Shown here in pieces: positions 10,721 to 21,884 of a DNA stretch of 64,000 nucleotides. How positions within the stretch are numbered: the first letter of the stretch is position 1; each line of letters starts with the position of its first letter. The notes beneath the pieces are model-generated. The model was not told the origin of the DNA and searched no databases. It saw nothing but the letters and a program-made list of their open reading frames with translations. Origin of the DNA: Deltaproteobacteria bacterium (lineage in GTDB: Bacteria; Desulfobacterota; Dissulfuribacteria; Dissulfuribacterales; QOAL01); contig WGDC01000014.1 of NCBI GenBank assembly GCA_015493475.1, forward strand, positions 17,385 through 81,384. The letters run 5' to 3'. The position numbers and the translations under genes were made by a program.

Positions 10721-11098
10721 TTGTCAGTCGTAAAAAAATACAAAAGGCCATTGCTCGTTCTTGCCTGGATGGCCGTCATTTTCACAGGTTCGTCCATTCC
10801 CGGCAAAGACTTGCCCACCGGACTGCCCCCGGATTACCTCATGCACTTTCTCGAGTACGCTATCCTTGGCGCTGTCGCCTTTTCATGGACATCGAAGGAC
10901 CTGTTCAAAAATAATTACAGGGCAGCATTACTCTTTTCCACTCTATTCTGCTCGGCATATGCTGTTCTTGACGAGATACACCAGTACTTCGTGCCTGGCA
11001 GGTGCATGGATCCAAGGGACTGGCTCGCAGACACCCTGGGCGGTCTTGCAGGGGCTTTGGCCCTGATGCTCCTGTTCATGTCTATTTCGGGTGAATAA
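10721..11098 (+). CDS. VanZ family membrane protein
   Basis: HFLEYAILG, DEIHQYFVPGR, DWLAD motifs. Confidence 0.88.
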   Translation: MSVVKKYKRPLLVLAWMAVIFTGSSIPGKDLPTGLPPDYLMHFLEYAILGAVAFSWTSKDLFKNNYRAALLFSTLFCSAYAVLDEIHQYFVPGRCMDPRDWLADTLGGLAGALALMLLFMSISGE

Positions 11099-11853
11099 TG
11101 ACAGGTGAAATGAAAAAGGCAATAGGAGAAGTAATATCCCTTTGCAGGGGCGCAAGAGAAAGCGGCATGGAGCTCGTTCCAGCCTCCCTTCTCCGCAGGA
11201 TAGAAAAGATGGGAAAAGAAATAGAAAAATCAAGGAATCTACGTGGAAGGCAGACTGCGGCCCTTGGCTCAACAGACCTGTCAAGCCTGGAGCAAATGGT
11301 GCGAAACTGCAACCTGTGCGATCTTGGCAAGGTACGGAAAAATACGGTCTTTGGCGAGGGCTCCACAAGCCCCATACTCATGCTCGTTGGGGAAGCCCCA
11401 GGCCGGCAGGAGGACATAGAGGGACGGCCCTTTGTGGGAAGGTCCGGCGAGCTGCTTACCAAGATGCTGAGGGCGATTGGGCTTGAAAGAAAGGAGGTCT
11501 TCATTACAAGTGTCATAAAGTGCCGCCCGCCGAGAAACCGGACCCCTAACAAACAGGAAATGGAGGCATGTCTCCCCTACCTCTTGAGGCAGATAGACCT
11601 TCTTGACCCTCGGCTGATTCTCTGCCTTGGCTCAACTGCGGCGAAAGCCCTTTTAAAAACGGAAAGGCCACTTTCAAGGCTAAGAGGCAGCTTTCACGAC
11701 CTTGGCGGAAGAAAGGTCCTCGTTACTTACCATCCCGCGTACCTGTTGCGCTTCGGGGGTTCAAGGCTATTGAACCTGAAAAAACAGGCTTGGCATGACC
11801 TCCAGATCATTCAAAGGGCATATGAAAAAATCGAAGGAGAGAAGAAACATTAG
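11098..11853 (+). CDS. Uracil-DNA glycosylase family 4 (4Fe-4S)
   Basis: CNLC, VGEAPG-EDIEGRPFVG, KCRPP-NR, HPAYLLR. Confidence 0.93.
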   Translation: MTGEMKKAIGEVISLCRGARESGMELVPASLLRRIEKMGKEIEKSRNLRGRQTAALGSTDLSSLEQMVRNCNLCDLGKVRKNTVFGEGSTSPILMLVGEAPGRQEDIEGRPFVGRSGELLTKMLRAIGLERKEVFITSVIKCRPPRNRTPNKQEMEACLPYLLRQIDLLDPRLILCLGSTAAKALLKTERPLSRLRGSFHDLGGRKVLVTYHPAYLLRFGGSRLLNLKKQAWHDLQIIQRAYEKIEGEKKH

Positions 11854-13201
11854 GTTACAACTTGGACTCTTTGCCATCTGCCTTGCCGTTGCCCTGACTG
11901 CGGCATCCAGTGGCCTGGCAAAAATCAGGATTGGGGTGCGACACGAGGGCAGAGTGCGCCATGCGCCCTCGGTCCTGACGGGGCCTGTCGTTGCGGTACG
12001 GATTGACTCTTCCATAAACCCGGCCTCTTACGCGCTGCTTAAAAGGGGTATTGAAAGGGCGCGCTCGGAGCAGGCGTCTCTGTTTCTTGTTATTCTCGAT
12101 ACGCCTGGGGGCCTTGTCACCACCGTAAGGAAGATGATCCAACTCGTCATGTCGTCCCCCGTGCCAGTGGCGGTTTTCGTCTTCCCGCCTGGGGCAAGGG
12201 CAGCATCAGCAGGAGCGCTTCTCACCATCTCCGCGGATATTGCAGCAATGGCTCCAGGAACCAACATAGGCGCAGCACACCCGGTCACTGTCGGAGGGGG
12301 AATGGAGGCCAACAGCACCATGTCCAAGAAGATAGAAAACGACCTATCAGCCCTTGCAGTAAGCATTGCCATGAAAAGGAAGAGAAACGCCAAGTGGGCG
12401 GAGGAGGCAGTCAGGGAGAGTATATCCACGCCCGCCGTGGAGGCCCTTAAACTCCACGTTATCGACATTCTGGCGGAAAGCGTTCCGGAACTCTTAAAAA
12501 AAATAGAAAGGCGCCCCATAAAACTGAGCGATGGCCGGCTCGTAACCATAAAACCGGCCCCTCCGGTGCCCGAATTTCTCAAGGAAAACATCAGGGAAAG
12601 GGTCCTCGGAATTATAGCAGATCCGAACATCGCATACCTACTTCTCATGATAGGGATGGTGGGGCTATATTTCGAGCTTGCGCACCCGGGCGTGGTGCTT
12701 CCAGGCTCCGTTGGGTCCGTGTGTCTGCTTCTCGCCCTGTACGCCCTGCACACTCTGTCTGCAAGCACCGCAGCAGTCCTTCTCATTCTTCTTGCCTTTG
12801 TACTTTTTGTTCTCGAGCTTTTTATAACAAGCCACGGCGTCCTCGGAATCTGCGGGGCTGTTTCCCTCGCAATTGGCTCTCTCATGCTATTTGACAACGG
12901 AGGCGGCCTTGCCATATCCGCCTCGGTTCTGTGGCCCACCCTTGCCATGGTCGTTTTATTTTTTCTCACCATAGCCGTACTTGCGGCAAGGGCTACGCTT
13001 TCGAGACCAAAAACCGGCGGGCAGGCGATCGTGGGCAAAACGGGAGTTGTAAGGAAACGGCTCGGGCCCGGAAAATACATGGTCTTTATCCACGGAGAAC
13101 TTTGGGAAGCCACCGGCCAGGAAATGCTTAAAACCGGCCAGGAAATCCGGGTCTCGGGAATAAGGGGTCTTAGACTTGAAATAAAACCAAAGGAGGAATA
13201 G
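11822..13201 (+). CDS. nfeD: NfeD family membrane-bound serine protease (long form)
   Basis: [25 protein letters not shown]-terminal OB-fold GELWEA; start moved to ATG 11822, giving a signal peptide. Confidence 0.92.
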   Translation: MKKSKERRNIRLQLGLFAICLAVALTAASSGLAKIRIGVRHEGRVRHAPSVLTGPVVAVRIDSSINPASYALLKRGIERARSEQASLFLVILDTPGGLVTTVRKMIQLVMSSPVPVAVFVFPPGARAASAGALLTISADIAAMAPGTNIGAAHPVTVGGGMEANSTMSKKIENDLSALAVSIAMKRKRNAKWAEEAVRESISTPAVEALKLHVIDILAESVPELLKKIERRPIKLSDGRLVTIKPAPPVPEFLKENIRERVLGIIADPNIAYLLLMIGMVGLYFELAHPGVVLPGSVGSVCLLLALYALHTLSASTAAVLLILLAFVLFVLELFITSHGVLGICGAVSLAIGSLMLFDNGGGLAISASVLWPTLAMVVLFFLTIAVLAARATLSRPKTGGQAIVGKTGVVRKRLGPGKYMVFIHGELWEATGQEMLKTGQEIRVSGIRGLRLEIKPKEE

Positions 13202-13203
13202 CC

Positions 13204-13965
13204 ATGCCTTTCGCACTTGTTTTTATAATCTTTTTCGCCATCGTTTTTCTTGCAACATCCGTTCGGGTCCTGAAGGAGTATGAACGTGGCGTAATATTTC
13301 GCCTCGGCAGGATAATAAACGCCAAAGGGCCAGGATTAATCATTCTCATTCCCATACTCGATAAGATGAAAAAGGTGGACCTCAGAACCGTCACCCTTGA
13401 CGTACCGCCCCAAGACATCATCACCAAGGACAACGTATCGGTCAAGGTGAGTGCGGTCGTTTACTTCAGGGTGCTTGACCCAACAGCGGCAGTAATCGAG
13501 GTGGAAAATTTTTACTTCGCTACCTCCCAGCTTGCGCAAACCACTCTCAGGAGCGTATGCGGGCAGGAAGAACTCGACAGTCTTCTTTCGGAAAGAGAAC
13601 AGATTAATGCTAAGATACAAAGCATACTTGATCTGGATACTGAACCTTGGGGCGTAAAGGTAAGCAAGGTGGAAGTAAAGGAAATCGATCTCCCCGACGA
13701 GATGAAAAGGGCCATGGCAAGACAGGCAGAGGCCGAAAGGGAAAGACGCTCCAAAATTATCAACGCTGAGGGCGAATTTCAGGCAGCCCAGAAACTCGCC
13801 GATGCCGCAAGGATCATAGAAAGCGTGCCCGCAGCCCTGCAACTAAGATATCTACAGACCCTCCGGGAGGTTTCCCAGGAACACAGTTCCACCATTCTAT
13901 TCCCGATTCCCATAGATCTTGTGAAACCCTTCCTTCAAAAGGCTGGTGAAAAATCACATAGTTGA
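13204..13965 (+). CDS. Stomatin/slipin (SPFH domain) protein
   Basis: [43 protein letters not shown]; typical nfeD partner. Confidence 0.95.
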   Translation: MPFALVFIIFFAIVFLATSVRVLKEYERGVIFRLGRIINAKGPGLIILIPILDKMKKVDLRTVTLDVPPQDIITKDNVSVKVSAVVYFRVLDPTAAVIEVENFYFATSQLAQTTLRSVCGQEELDSLLSEREQINAKIQSILDLDTEPWGVKVSKVEVKEIDLPDEMKRAMARQAEAERERRSKIINAEGEFQAAQKLADAARIIESVPAALQLRYLQTLREVSQEHSSTILFPIPIDLVKPFLQKAGEKSHS

Positions 13966-13974
13966 GAAAAAGAC

Positions 13975-14820
13975 ATGGACGCGCAGACCAAAAAACAACC
14001 CCTGCTTCCCATTGACTGGAATAGCCCAGATCTCCCAACCATGCCTTCCATTGCGGAGCGACTTATATCTCTTATGTGCCAGGAAGACGTGGAGACCAAG
14101 GAGCTTTGCGAACTCATTGCACAGGACCCGGCACTTACCGCCAAACTCCTGCAAATATCCAACAGCGCCCTCTACTCACTGAGCGCCGAGGTTACCTCCA
14201 TCAGGCAGGCGGTTGTCCTTCTCGGACAGCAGGAAGTCATCGAGCTTGCCATAAGCAGCCTCCTTGCAAAGCGCTTTCTCACAGTACCATCGGGATTAAA
14301 AGCCGAGGCGGAAAGGCTCTGGAAACACCTAATGACAACGGCAATACTGGCCAAGGACTTCGAGTCCGACCTCGAGGAACCGGACCTCTACACCCTTTCC
14401 ATGCTTCACGACGTTGGCTGGCTTGTGCTCATAGCCCAGGGCCCAACGGTCTTCCAGACCATTGCACGCGAGAAGGGCAAGACAATGGAGGAGATACAGG
14501 CGAGCTGGGGCGTGGATCACGAGCTTTGGGGGGCAAAACTCCTCGAAAGGTGGGGGCTTCCCGAGCCGTTCCAGGTCACGGCCTTCCGCCATCACCACCC
14601 CTTTACCGACGCAGCGCCACCAAGGTACCTGCTCATTGTGAGCCTGGCGAACTACCTGTCCATCGCCATGGGAAATGGCCTTATGGAAACAAGCGCCAAC
14701 GAACCTTCGGATCCCTTGCTCGAACACCTCGGCCTTGACAGGGACGCCCTTTCGGAAATGGTTGAGTGGGCCGTTTCCGAAAAGGGAAAAATTGATCTCA
14801 AGTGCCATCTCGTGATTTAA
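13975..14820 (+). CDS. HDOD domain protein
   Basis: LPTMP, DPALTAKLLQISNS, LHDVG, DHELWGAKLLERWGLP. Confidence 0.9.
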   Translation: MDAQTKKQPLLPIDWNSPDLPTMPSIAERLISLMCQEDVETKELCELIAQDPALTAKLLQISNSALYSLSAEVTSIRQAVVLLGQQEVIELAISSLLAKRFLTVPSGLKAEAERLWKHLMTTAILAKDFESDLEEPDLYTLSMLHDVGWLVLIAQGPTVFQTIAREKGKTMEEIQASWGVDHELWGAKLLERWGLPEPFQVTAFRHHHPFTDAAPPRYLLIVSLANYLSIAMGNGLMETSANEPSDPLLEHLGLDRDALSEMVEWAVSEKGKIDLKCHLVI

Positions 14821-14837
14821 ATCATTTGCCTAAAACC

Positions 14838-14865
14838 TCAAGTCTGTAAGACATCCTGCCGATCC
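14838..14865 (+). promoter_or_regulatory. Putative sigma-28 (FliA) promoter of the chemoreceptor gene
   Basis: TCAAGTCT-N12-GCCGATCC versus consensus TAAAGTTT-N11-GCCGATAA, directly upstream of an MCP. Confidence 0.5.
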
Positions 14866-14884
14866 AGGAAAAATAGAAGGCACC

Positions 14885-17239
14885 TTGAACATCAAGACAG
14901 GAGCCACGAGAGGAGAGGTGTCAAATCAAATTTTTTCCGGAGGTATTCAAGCATTGAAGAAGACAGGCAATTTCATATCGTCCATGTCACTGTCCACACG
15001 GCTCATTCTTGGAATCACCGTTCTCATACTGTTGATTCTTGCCATTCAGGCAGGACTTTCAATCAGGCGGGCCAGGGCGAAAAAGCACAATCTCGTCGAG
15101 GAGGCACTTGAAGGAAAGGATGCTTTCATGAAGGAGGCGGACGACATCTCCATTGATCTTATGAAACAGGCCCTTATCATCTCCAACATACCGGAGGTGG
15201 AAAAGGCGGTAGCCGACAAGGACAGGGATTCCCTCATGGGAATCGTCCTTCCCATGGAAAAGGCCATGGCAAAAAACATAGGCCACCCCATAAAGATACA
15301 CTTTCACGTCCCGCCAGCCATCTCTCTCCTCAGGAGCTGGAAGCCGAACAAGCACGGGGATGACCTTTCATCCTTCAGGTTTTCGGTGGTAGAGGCAATA
15401 AGGGACAACAAGCCCGTAAAGGGTATCGAGGCTGGCCGGGGTGGCTTCGCCGTAAGGGCCGTCTGCCCCATTGACATGAACGGCGAGGTAGTGGGTTCAG
15501 TGGAGGTGCTTGAAAGCGGGGCCCGTGTGGCCAAGGCGCTCCAGAAACTCAAGGGTGAGATAAACCAACTCTTCTATCTTGAGAAAATCAGCGCCAATGC
15601 CGCGGATTCTGCTAAACGTATAGGCAAATTCATCATACTCACCCGGACAAATATGGGCCTTTCTAAGAAAATTGACGAGCCCTTCCTGGAAAAGGCAATT
15701 ACCAAGGGGTCGGCTGTAAAATTCGTGGGGAACAAGGTGATCACCGCCTCTGCCATAACCGACTTTGCGGGCAACCCCATAGCGGTTTACACGAGATACG
15801 TGGACTTTACAGCCATAAACAGGCAGATCAGGAATGAACTCATGGAGTTCGGATTACTTTCCATAGGCTGTCTTGCACTGTCACTGATACTCGTGGCGTT
15901 CCTGCTTAAGAGGTCTGTCGCCCTGCCCCTTAACAAATGCCTTGGGACCCTTACAACGACCTCCGAGGGAAGGCTCGTGGAACACGCCGAGCCTGAAGGG
16001 GCCCCGGAGATGCGCAAAATCGCGGTGGCCACCAACAACATCATCCTGAATACGGGCTCCCTCCTTGAAACCCTCAAGATTCAGGCAGGAAGCCTGAACG
16101 TGCTCGGCAGCCAGCTAGAAAAGATAGTCGACCAGATGCAGGAAGGCGCCCACGATATAGACTCTGCAGCCAAGACCATGGCGGAATCCTCGGCAACTGC
16201 CGCACAGACACTTTCCACTGTCGCCACGGCCTCAAACGAGCTGAACGCTGCAACCGGGGAAATCGCCCAGAACGTGGCCGAAACCGCCCGGGCCGCAGGC
16301 GAAGCCACGGACGAGGCTACCACCACCAACGACCTCATGAAACGCCTCGGGCAGCAATCAGAGAAAATCAAGGATATCATCGGGGTCATAAATTCCATTG
16401 CCGAGCAGACAAACCTCCTTGCCCTGAACGCCACCATAGAGGCCGCGCGCGCCGGAGAGGCCGGAAAGGGCTTTGCCGTTGTGGCAACGGAGGTAAAGGA
16501 GCTTGCAAAACAGACCTCAGACGCCACGGAAGAGATAACGGGAATCATAGGGTCGCTAACCACCGGCATTTCAGAGGCCGTTTCCGCAGTCGACAAGATC
16601 ACCGATACCATTAACAGGGTTAATGACCTCGCAAACACCATTGCCAGCGCGGCAGAGGAGCAGACTGCCACGGTCTCTGAAATAGATCAGAGCATAACAG
16701 AGGGGGCAAACAGCGTACAAGAACTCGAAAGCAGGGCAAACGCCCTTGCAGACAGGTCCAGCGACTTTGTCCGTTTCTCCGGCAGGGTAATGCTTGCAGA
16801 AGAGGCCATCCAGAACATTGGGCAACAGCTCGCTTCTGTTACCGGAATGTACCACGTTCGCCTCGGTGCCCTGGAGCAGGCCAAGGCACATGCCGGCGCC
16901 AAGGTCATGCTAATGGTTGCCGTACTGACCCACTTCAAGTGGCTTGAAGAATTCAGGATGGCCGTAATTAACACACAGGACCCAAGGGTGGAAGAAGACC
17001 CAAGGGCATGTCTGCTCGGAAAATGGCTCGAGGAACACAGCCATCAAGAAGCGGCAAGCCACGCGTCAACCATAGAAGAGATAAGGAGGCTGCACGATGA
17101 GCTCCACAGCACCGTATCCGAGGTGAGAAAGGCCATGAATGAAGGAAAAGATTCAATTGAACTTGCACGCATTTTTGACAACAAGGTTACCGGCAAGTTC
17201 AGGAGGCTTGTGGAGCTCCTGTTAAAGATTGCTAAATAA
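14885..17239 (+). CDS. Methyl-accepting chemotaxis protein with Cache-type sensor and C-terminal CZB domain
   Basis: Two TM segments, [30 protein letters not shown] signalling hairpin, CZB ligands H-FKW / CLLGKW / HDELH; start uncertain. Confidence 0.93.
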   Translation: MNIKTGATRGEVSNQIFSGGIQALKKTGNFISSMSLSTRLILGITVLILLILAIQAGLSIRRARAKKHNLVEEALEGKDAFMKEADDISIDLMKQALIISNIPEVEKAVADKDRDSLMGIVLPMEKAMAKNIGHPIKIHFHVPPAISLLRSWKPNKHGDDLSSFRFSVVEAIRDNKPVKGIEAGRGGFAVRAVCPIDMNGEVVGSVEVLESGARVAKALQKLKGEINQLFYLEKISANAADSAKRIGKFIILTRTNMGLSKKIDEPFLEKAITKGSAVKFVGNKVITASAITDFAGNPIAVYTRYVDFTAINRQIRNELMEFGLLSIGCLALSLILVAFLLKRSVALPLNKCLGTLTTTSEGRLVEHAEPEGAPEMRKIAVATNNIILNTGSLLETLKIQAGSLNVLGSQLEKIVDQMQEGAHDIDSAAKTMAESSATAAQTLSTVATASNELNAATGEIAQNVAETARAAGEATDEATTTNDLMKRLGQQSEKIKDIIGVINSIAEQTNLLALNATIEAARAGEAGKGFAVVATEVKELAKQTSDATEEITGIIGSLTTGISEAVSAVDKITDTINRVNDLANTIASAAEEQTATVSEIDQSITEGANSVQELESRANALADRSSDFVRFSGRVMLAEEAIQNIGQQLASVTGMYHVRLGALEQAKAHAGAKVMLMVAVLTHFKWLEEFRMAVINTQDPRVEEDPRACLLGKWLEEHSHQEAASHASTIEEIRRLHDELHSTVSEVRKAMNEGKDSIELARIFDNKVTGKFRRLVELLLKIAK

Positions 17240-17278
17240 TTTTCCAAGAAACTGCCTTACACGGGTGGGCAAAGGGCC

Positions 17279-17307
17279 TTGACAAGGCACATGCCCCACC
17301 TTATTAT
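17279..17307 (+). promoter_or_regulatory. Sigma-70 promoter of tRNA-Gly
   Basis: TTGACA-N17-TATTAT 21 nt upstream of the tRNA. Confidence 0.75.
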
Positions 17308-17328
17308 TGGCCGTGGATTTCACACGGG

Positions 17329-17403
<75 letters not shown>

Positions 17404-17423
17404 CAACTCTATTGTATTACTTC

Positions 17424-17455
17424 GGGCACCCTTTGTGGCTGCCCTTTTCTTTTTT
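17424..17455 (+). terminator. Rho-independent terminator after tRNA-Gly
   Basis: GGGCA...TGCCC hairpin followed by TTTTCTTTTTT. Confidence 0.6.
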
Positions 17456-19307
17456 GCTTGTAGGCGCACGTCTTTACAAAAAGGTTGATAGGCATGCCGC
17501 CGCTTTCCTGCAGCTTGCGTTGCTGCTCTTTCTTTTCTTACAAGCTCCATGGACATCCAGTGCCCTTGCAGAAAACGCCCCACTTAAAAGGCCCAATAGG
17601 GTAACAAGAACCCTGAGCGGCCAGATCGACATGTGCCTTTCCTGCCACAAGGAAACCCTTGACAAGGCACATGCCCGGCAGGTACTCGGCTGTTACAGCT
17701 GCCACCTTGGGAACCCCCTTGCCGGGACCCCAGAGGAGGCTCACAAGGGCATGGTCTTAAACCCGGGGGACCTGCGGGTGGTGGACAGGACCTGCGGCCA
17801 GGAGGGATGTCACGTTCAGCAGGTCAAGGACGTAAAAAATACCCTGATGGCCACAAACAGGGGCATAATCAGCACCCTCAGATACTACTGGGGCGAGACC
17901 AGGAACCACAACGAGCCCCTTACGGTTGAAAAACTCCTTGAGGAAAATGCGCCAAAAAGCCTGGCCCTTGACTACTTCAGGAAACTTTGCGGCACCTGCC
18001 ACCTCTGGCTTCCAAGACATACCCTTCCCTCCTTTCTCTCTGCAAAAGGCGGCGGCTGCACTGCCTGCCACAATGTAAAAAAGGCAAGAGATGGAAGAGC
18101 CACCACCCATGACAGGCACCCCCTCATAACCAGGAACATACCCATGGAAAACTGCGTAAGGTGCCACAACAGAAGCGGCAGGATCGGACTTTCCTACCGG
18201 GGGCTTTACGAAACCGAGGGCTACGGCACCCCTTTTGAGGACGGGGAGACATCCTCCCTGCAACTCGAAGACGGACGGTTTGTCAAGAAAATCCACCCTG
18301 ACGTACACTTTGAAAAGGGGCTTGTCTGCATAGACTGCCACAGCCAGAAGGAGATCATGGGAGATGGCAAACAAAGGGCGCACCTTTTTGAGCAGGTGGA
18401 GATAAGGTGCACCTCCTGCCATAGTGGGAAAAAGGTCCTTGAAAGGCTTTTTCAGGAACAGGAAAGCAAGAAAAAATTCCCCATGTTGAATAACCTTGTA
18501 ATGGCAAGGGACGGACGCATCCTTCTTGAGGGCAAAAAGGACAAGAAGACCCACCCCTTGAGGCCCTTTTCCAGGGGAAAGTGCCGAAACCCCCAACACG
18601 TGCGCCTTTCCTGCCAGGCATGCCACAGTACCTGGGTTCCCCAGTGCTACGGGTGCCACGTGCGATTTGACCGCGGGAAACGTCAACTGGACAAGCTTGC
18701 CATAAAGAAAACCTTTGGCATGTGGCAGGAGTTTAAGTCCTACATGCGTTTTGAGAGCCCTGTTCTTGGAGTCATGGAAGAAAGGCCTAAAAACGAAGAT
18801 GGAAAGGAAGGGGAAGGAGGCAGGGTGGTCATCCTTGTGCCTGGCTGACAGGACTTTGTGAGCTTTCTGGATGAAAGGGAAGAGTTCAGGGGCACCTTTG
18901 AAAGGCTGACTGTCTCCACCATGGACCCTCATACCACAACCAAAAAGACAAGGACCTGCCGTGATTGCCACGAAAATCCAAAGAGCATGGGCCTTGGTTA
19001 CGGAAACATATTCCTGAAAAAAGACGGAAGCTGGGGCCTTACCCCTTCAAGCTCCGCAAATGCCACCATATTTGGACAGGACAGACGCCTTGACGCCTTT
19101 GTAAGCACCGATGGCGCACCGATAGTACACACAAGCAGAAAAGGGCTTAGGCCCTTTAACCAAAGTGAACTTGAAAAAATCGTACGCGTGGGCCTTTGCC
19201 TTCCATGCCACCCTGGCATGGACGACCCGGTGATGAAAAACTGGAAGGGAGACACCACCCCAAAGCCATGCAAGGCGTTTCTATACATGGCCCGCCCCGT
19301 CAAATGA
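17454..19307 (+). CDS. Multiheme (about 12) c-type cytochrome, predicted selenoprotein (UGA at 18846-18848 read as Sec)
   Basis: ORFs ending 18848 and 18858..19307 share one frame with a single TGA (VILVPG-U-QDFVSFL); 11 CxxCH plus one CxxxxCH; signal peptide; SECIS-like hairpin after UGA. Start uncertain (track start overlaps the tRNA; TTG 17454 chosen). Confidence 0.8.
18851..18887 (+). promoter_or_regulatory. Putative bacterial SECIS element of the multiheme cytochrome
   Basis: Lower stem GGACUUU/AGAGUUC, upper stem CUUUC/GAAAG, loop UGGAU starting 19 nt after UGA. Confidence 0.55.
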
Positions 19308-19316
19308 AACGGATAG

Positions 19317-19796
19317 ATGAAATTAGTAGCGGCCCTTCTCCTCTACATGAGGTCACTAAGGGTCTCTCCCATTTCCCTTACCCTCCCCTTTCTCGTATTT
19401 ACACCTGCATTCATGATACTTACAGGGGCCTTGATACTATGCGAGCACATGAAAGCCGCAGGAACCGCCGGGATAATGCTCATAATTTCAGTCAGCTACA
19501 CACTCTACCTTCCAAGTTTAAGATACGGCCTCACAGAACCCATAAGGGCCATGTTCAGGGAGCAGGGCTCCATGCTCATGCTCCTTGTTGTCTTCATCTA
19601 CTCCATAACCTCTGTCCTTGGAAAGCTTGCCATCCAGCACTCAAATCCCACCTTCTTTGCGAGCTTCTACTTCGTGGTCCACGGCCTCTTTGCAACCTGC
19701 GTCCTTTCCCTGATCTTCGGAACAAATCCGGTAGAGGTGCTGCGAAAGCGCCCAAAGGGAGACCTCCCCAAAAAACCTCATCTTGCAGCCGCCTAA
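19317..19796 (+). pseudogene. Truncated EamA/DMT transporter remnant
   Basis: Internal DMT motif SPISLTLPFLVFTPAFMILTG-LIL-E, then part of a second repeat; lacks N- and C-terminal helices of a ~290-aa EamA. Confidence 0.6.
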
Positions 19797-20141
19797 TGGT
19801 TCCCTTATTTTTTGCTTCTCTGAACCCGCCTTTTTTGCAGACCCTGTCACCATGGTAGCCCCTGCAAGATTGTTCAATATTTCCCGAAAGTTACTCCAGA
19901 AATTTTCATTGACGATTTGAGAATTTGAATTAATACTCAGCGCTTGAAGTAATTTTTTTTGGAATATTTTCAACAAGTGAATTTTTTCGACAAACCTGTG
20001 AAATGATTTTTTATTACATTGATAAAAGGATACCTTTAATTAACAAATCCGGGTTAAGGCCGTTGAACATTGGACGCCGCTTTTAAAGGGTCTCAGTTAT
20101 TGGAGTGTTAATCGGCAAACAAGAATCTTGCGTTTGATATC

Positions 20142-21878
20142 ATGGCTATTTCTTCTTCATTAAAAATCATTCAGTTTTTTCTCCTGCTAATCATTTTCTC
20201 GGCCGCCTTCTTACCCGTGCCTGTCCAGGCCGAGGCGACCCTTGAGGGTTCGGTCCACGAAGGCTTTGGTTGCGAGGTCTGCCACAACAGCCCTGAAGGG
20301 GGCGGTCCGGCCCATTGCACCAGGTGCCATGATGATCAGGCATATGCGTACAAGCATGGCATACACGCTGAAAAAAACAAGAATGGCCAGCCAAATGCCA
20401 GATGTTATGACTGCCATGGAAGTCACAATATCCTACCGGTATCCAATCCAAACTCCGTGGTCTCAAGCGGCAAGATAACCGACACCTGCGGAACCTGTCA
20501 TGCTCAGGAAAAGAAGGACTACGCCGGGAGTATCCATGGAGAGATATTTGAGGACGATCCAGATTCCGCGCCCGGGTGTCTGACGTGCCACGGCTACCAC
20601 AAGATAGGCCGGGTGAATATGCCTGGATTTGTCAAAAACACCGTAAAGACCTGCGGCAAGTGTCACCAGGACGCCTTTAAAACATACGAGGAAAGCCTCC
20701 ATGGTCAGGTAGTCACCCTCGAAGGCCGGGTTGGAGCAACATGCTGGGACTGCCATTCCTCCCATAAAATTGTTGAGGTTTCAGACCCTGCATCACCCCT
20801 TTCAGCCAAGAGGAAGGCCAAGACCTGCGGGAAATGCCATGGCAAGGTCAACTCTCTTTTCATGTCATACTGGCCACACGCATCACTACATGACAAGGTT
20901 AACTACCCCGTCCTCTACTACGCTTATATAATGATGAAAATGCTTTTTCTTGTAGTGATGGTCACCGCCACGATACACACCCTTGCCTGGCTCCGGGCCT
21001 TCCCCAAGATAGTAAAATCCAGAATCGAAACGCCGGGGCGTCATTACGTGTATTACCTGCGGTTCCGGGCTTGGCACCGGCTGACCCATTTCGTGTTGTT
21101 TATAAGCGTCTTAGGCCTTGCCCTTTCCGGCCTGCCCCTCCGGTATCCAGGCACTGAATGGGCCTGCAAGATATCAGAAATCCTGGGAGGGTTTAAGGCA
21201 TTAAACCTACTCCACAGAAGCATGGCCGGGCTCCTTTTCGTTGCCGTGGTACTGCATGGATATTACCTATTGAGGCTTATACGCGAAAAGGGCCTGAAGG
21301 GATTCCTGCAATTTCTCCGTTCGCCAGACTCCCTTTTCCCGAAGATAGAGGATTTCAAAGAGGCCTGGGAAGAATTCCTGTGCTTTTTAACATTCAGGGA
21401 GGAGCCTAAAAAGGATAAATGGAGCTACTGGGAAAAATTTGACTACTGGGCCGTATTCTGGGGCATGATCGTTATTGGTGGCTCAGGACTGATGCTGGCG
21501 TTTCCCAAGGTGACCACGAGCTGGCTCCCCGGCTGGGTCCTGAACGTGGCCCTCGTGTTCCACTCGGAAGAGGCTTTGCTCGCCGTATTCTTCCTGTTCA
21601 TTTTTCACTTTTTCCATGCACATCTGAGGCCGTTAAAATTCCCGATAGACGAAACCATATTCACCGGCAGGATCTCCGAGGAAGACTATTTTCACGAAAG
21701 GCAGCTTGAAGTTGCAAGAAAAAGCCCGGAGGAGCTCGAAAGGATGAAGGTACCACCCCCTAACTTCTTTTTCAGGGTGACCGTCTACATAGTAAGCTTC
21801 ATTGCCGTAGATATCGGACTTATCCTGATCGCATGTATTCTCTATACAGCCTGGAAAACAGGAACCTTGATACCATAA
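20142..21878 (+). CDS. CbcL-like multiheme cytochrome c / cytochrome b fusion (quinol-linked inner membrane protein)
   Basis: Signal peptide, 8 CxxCH, then FdnI/HydC-type b-heme domain (RF-HRLTH, LHR, KWSYWEKFDYWAVFWG, HSEEA, HFFH). Confidence 0.88.
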   Translation: MAISSSLKIIQFFLLLIIFSAAFLPVPVQAEATLEGSVHEGFGCEVCHNSPEGGGPAHCTRCHDDQAYAYKHGIHAEKNKNGQPNARCYDCHGSHNILPVSNPNSVVSSGKITDTCGTCHAQEKKDYAGSIHGEIFEDDPDSAPGCLTCHGYHKIGRVNMPGFVKNTVKTCGKCHQDAFKTYEESLHGQVVTLEGRVGATCWDCHSSHKIVEVSDPASPLSAKRKAKTCGKCHGKVNSLFMSYWPHASLHDKVNYPVLYYAYIMMKMLFLVVMVTATIHTLAWLRAFPKIVKSRIETPGRHYVYYLRFRAWHRLTHFVLFISVLGLALSGLPLRYPGTEWACKISEILGGFKALNLLHRSMAGLLFVAVVLHGYYLLRLIREKGLKGFLQFLRSPDSLFPKIEDFKEAWEEFLCFLTFREEPKKDKWSYWEKFDYWAVFWGMIVIGGSGLMLAFPKVTTSWLPGWVLNVALVFHSEEALLAVFFLFIFHFFHAHLRPLKFPIDETIFTGRISEEDYFHERQLEVARKSPEELERMKVPPPNFFFRVTVYIVSFIAVDIGLILIACILYTAWKTGTLIP

Positions 21879-21884
21879 CCATAG

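Noticed and set aside
12028-13113. Long antisense ORFs (361 aa opposite nfeD; 404 aa at 17757..18971 opposite the cytochrome)
   Set aside because: Shadow frames of well-supported genes with no recognisable motifs
13112-13146. 14-bp direct repeat ACCGGCCAGGAAAT in nfeD
   Set aside because: Two copies encoding TGQE inside a coding region; not an array
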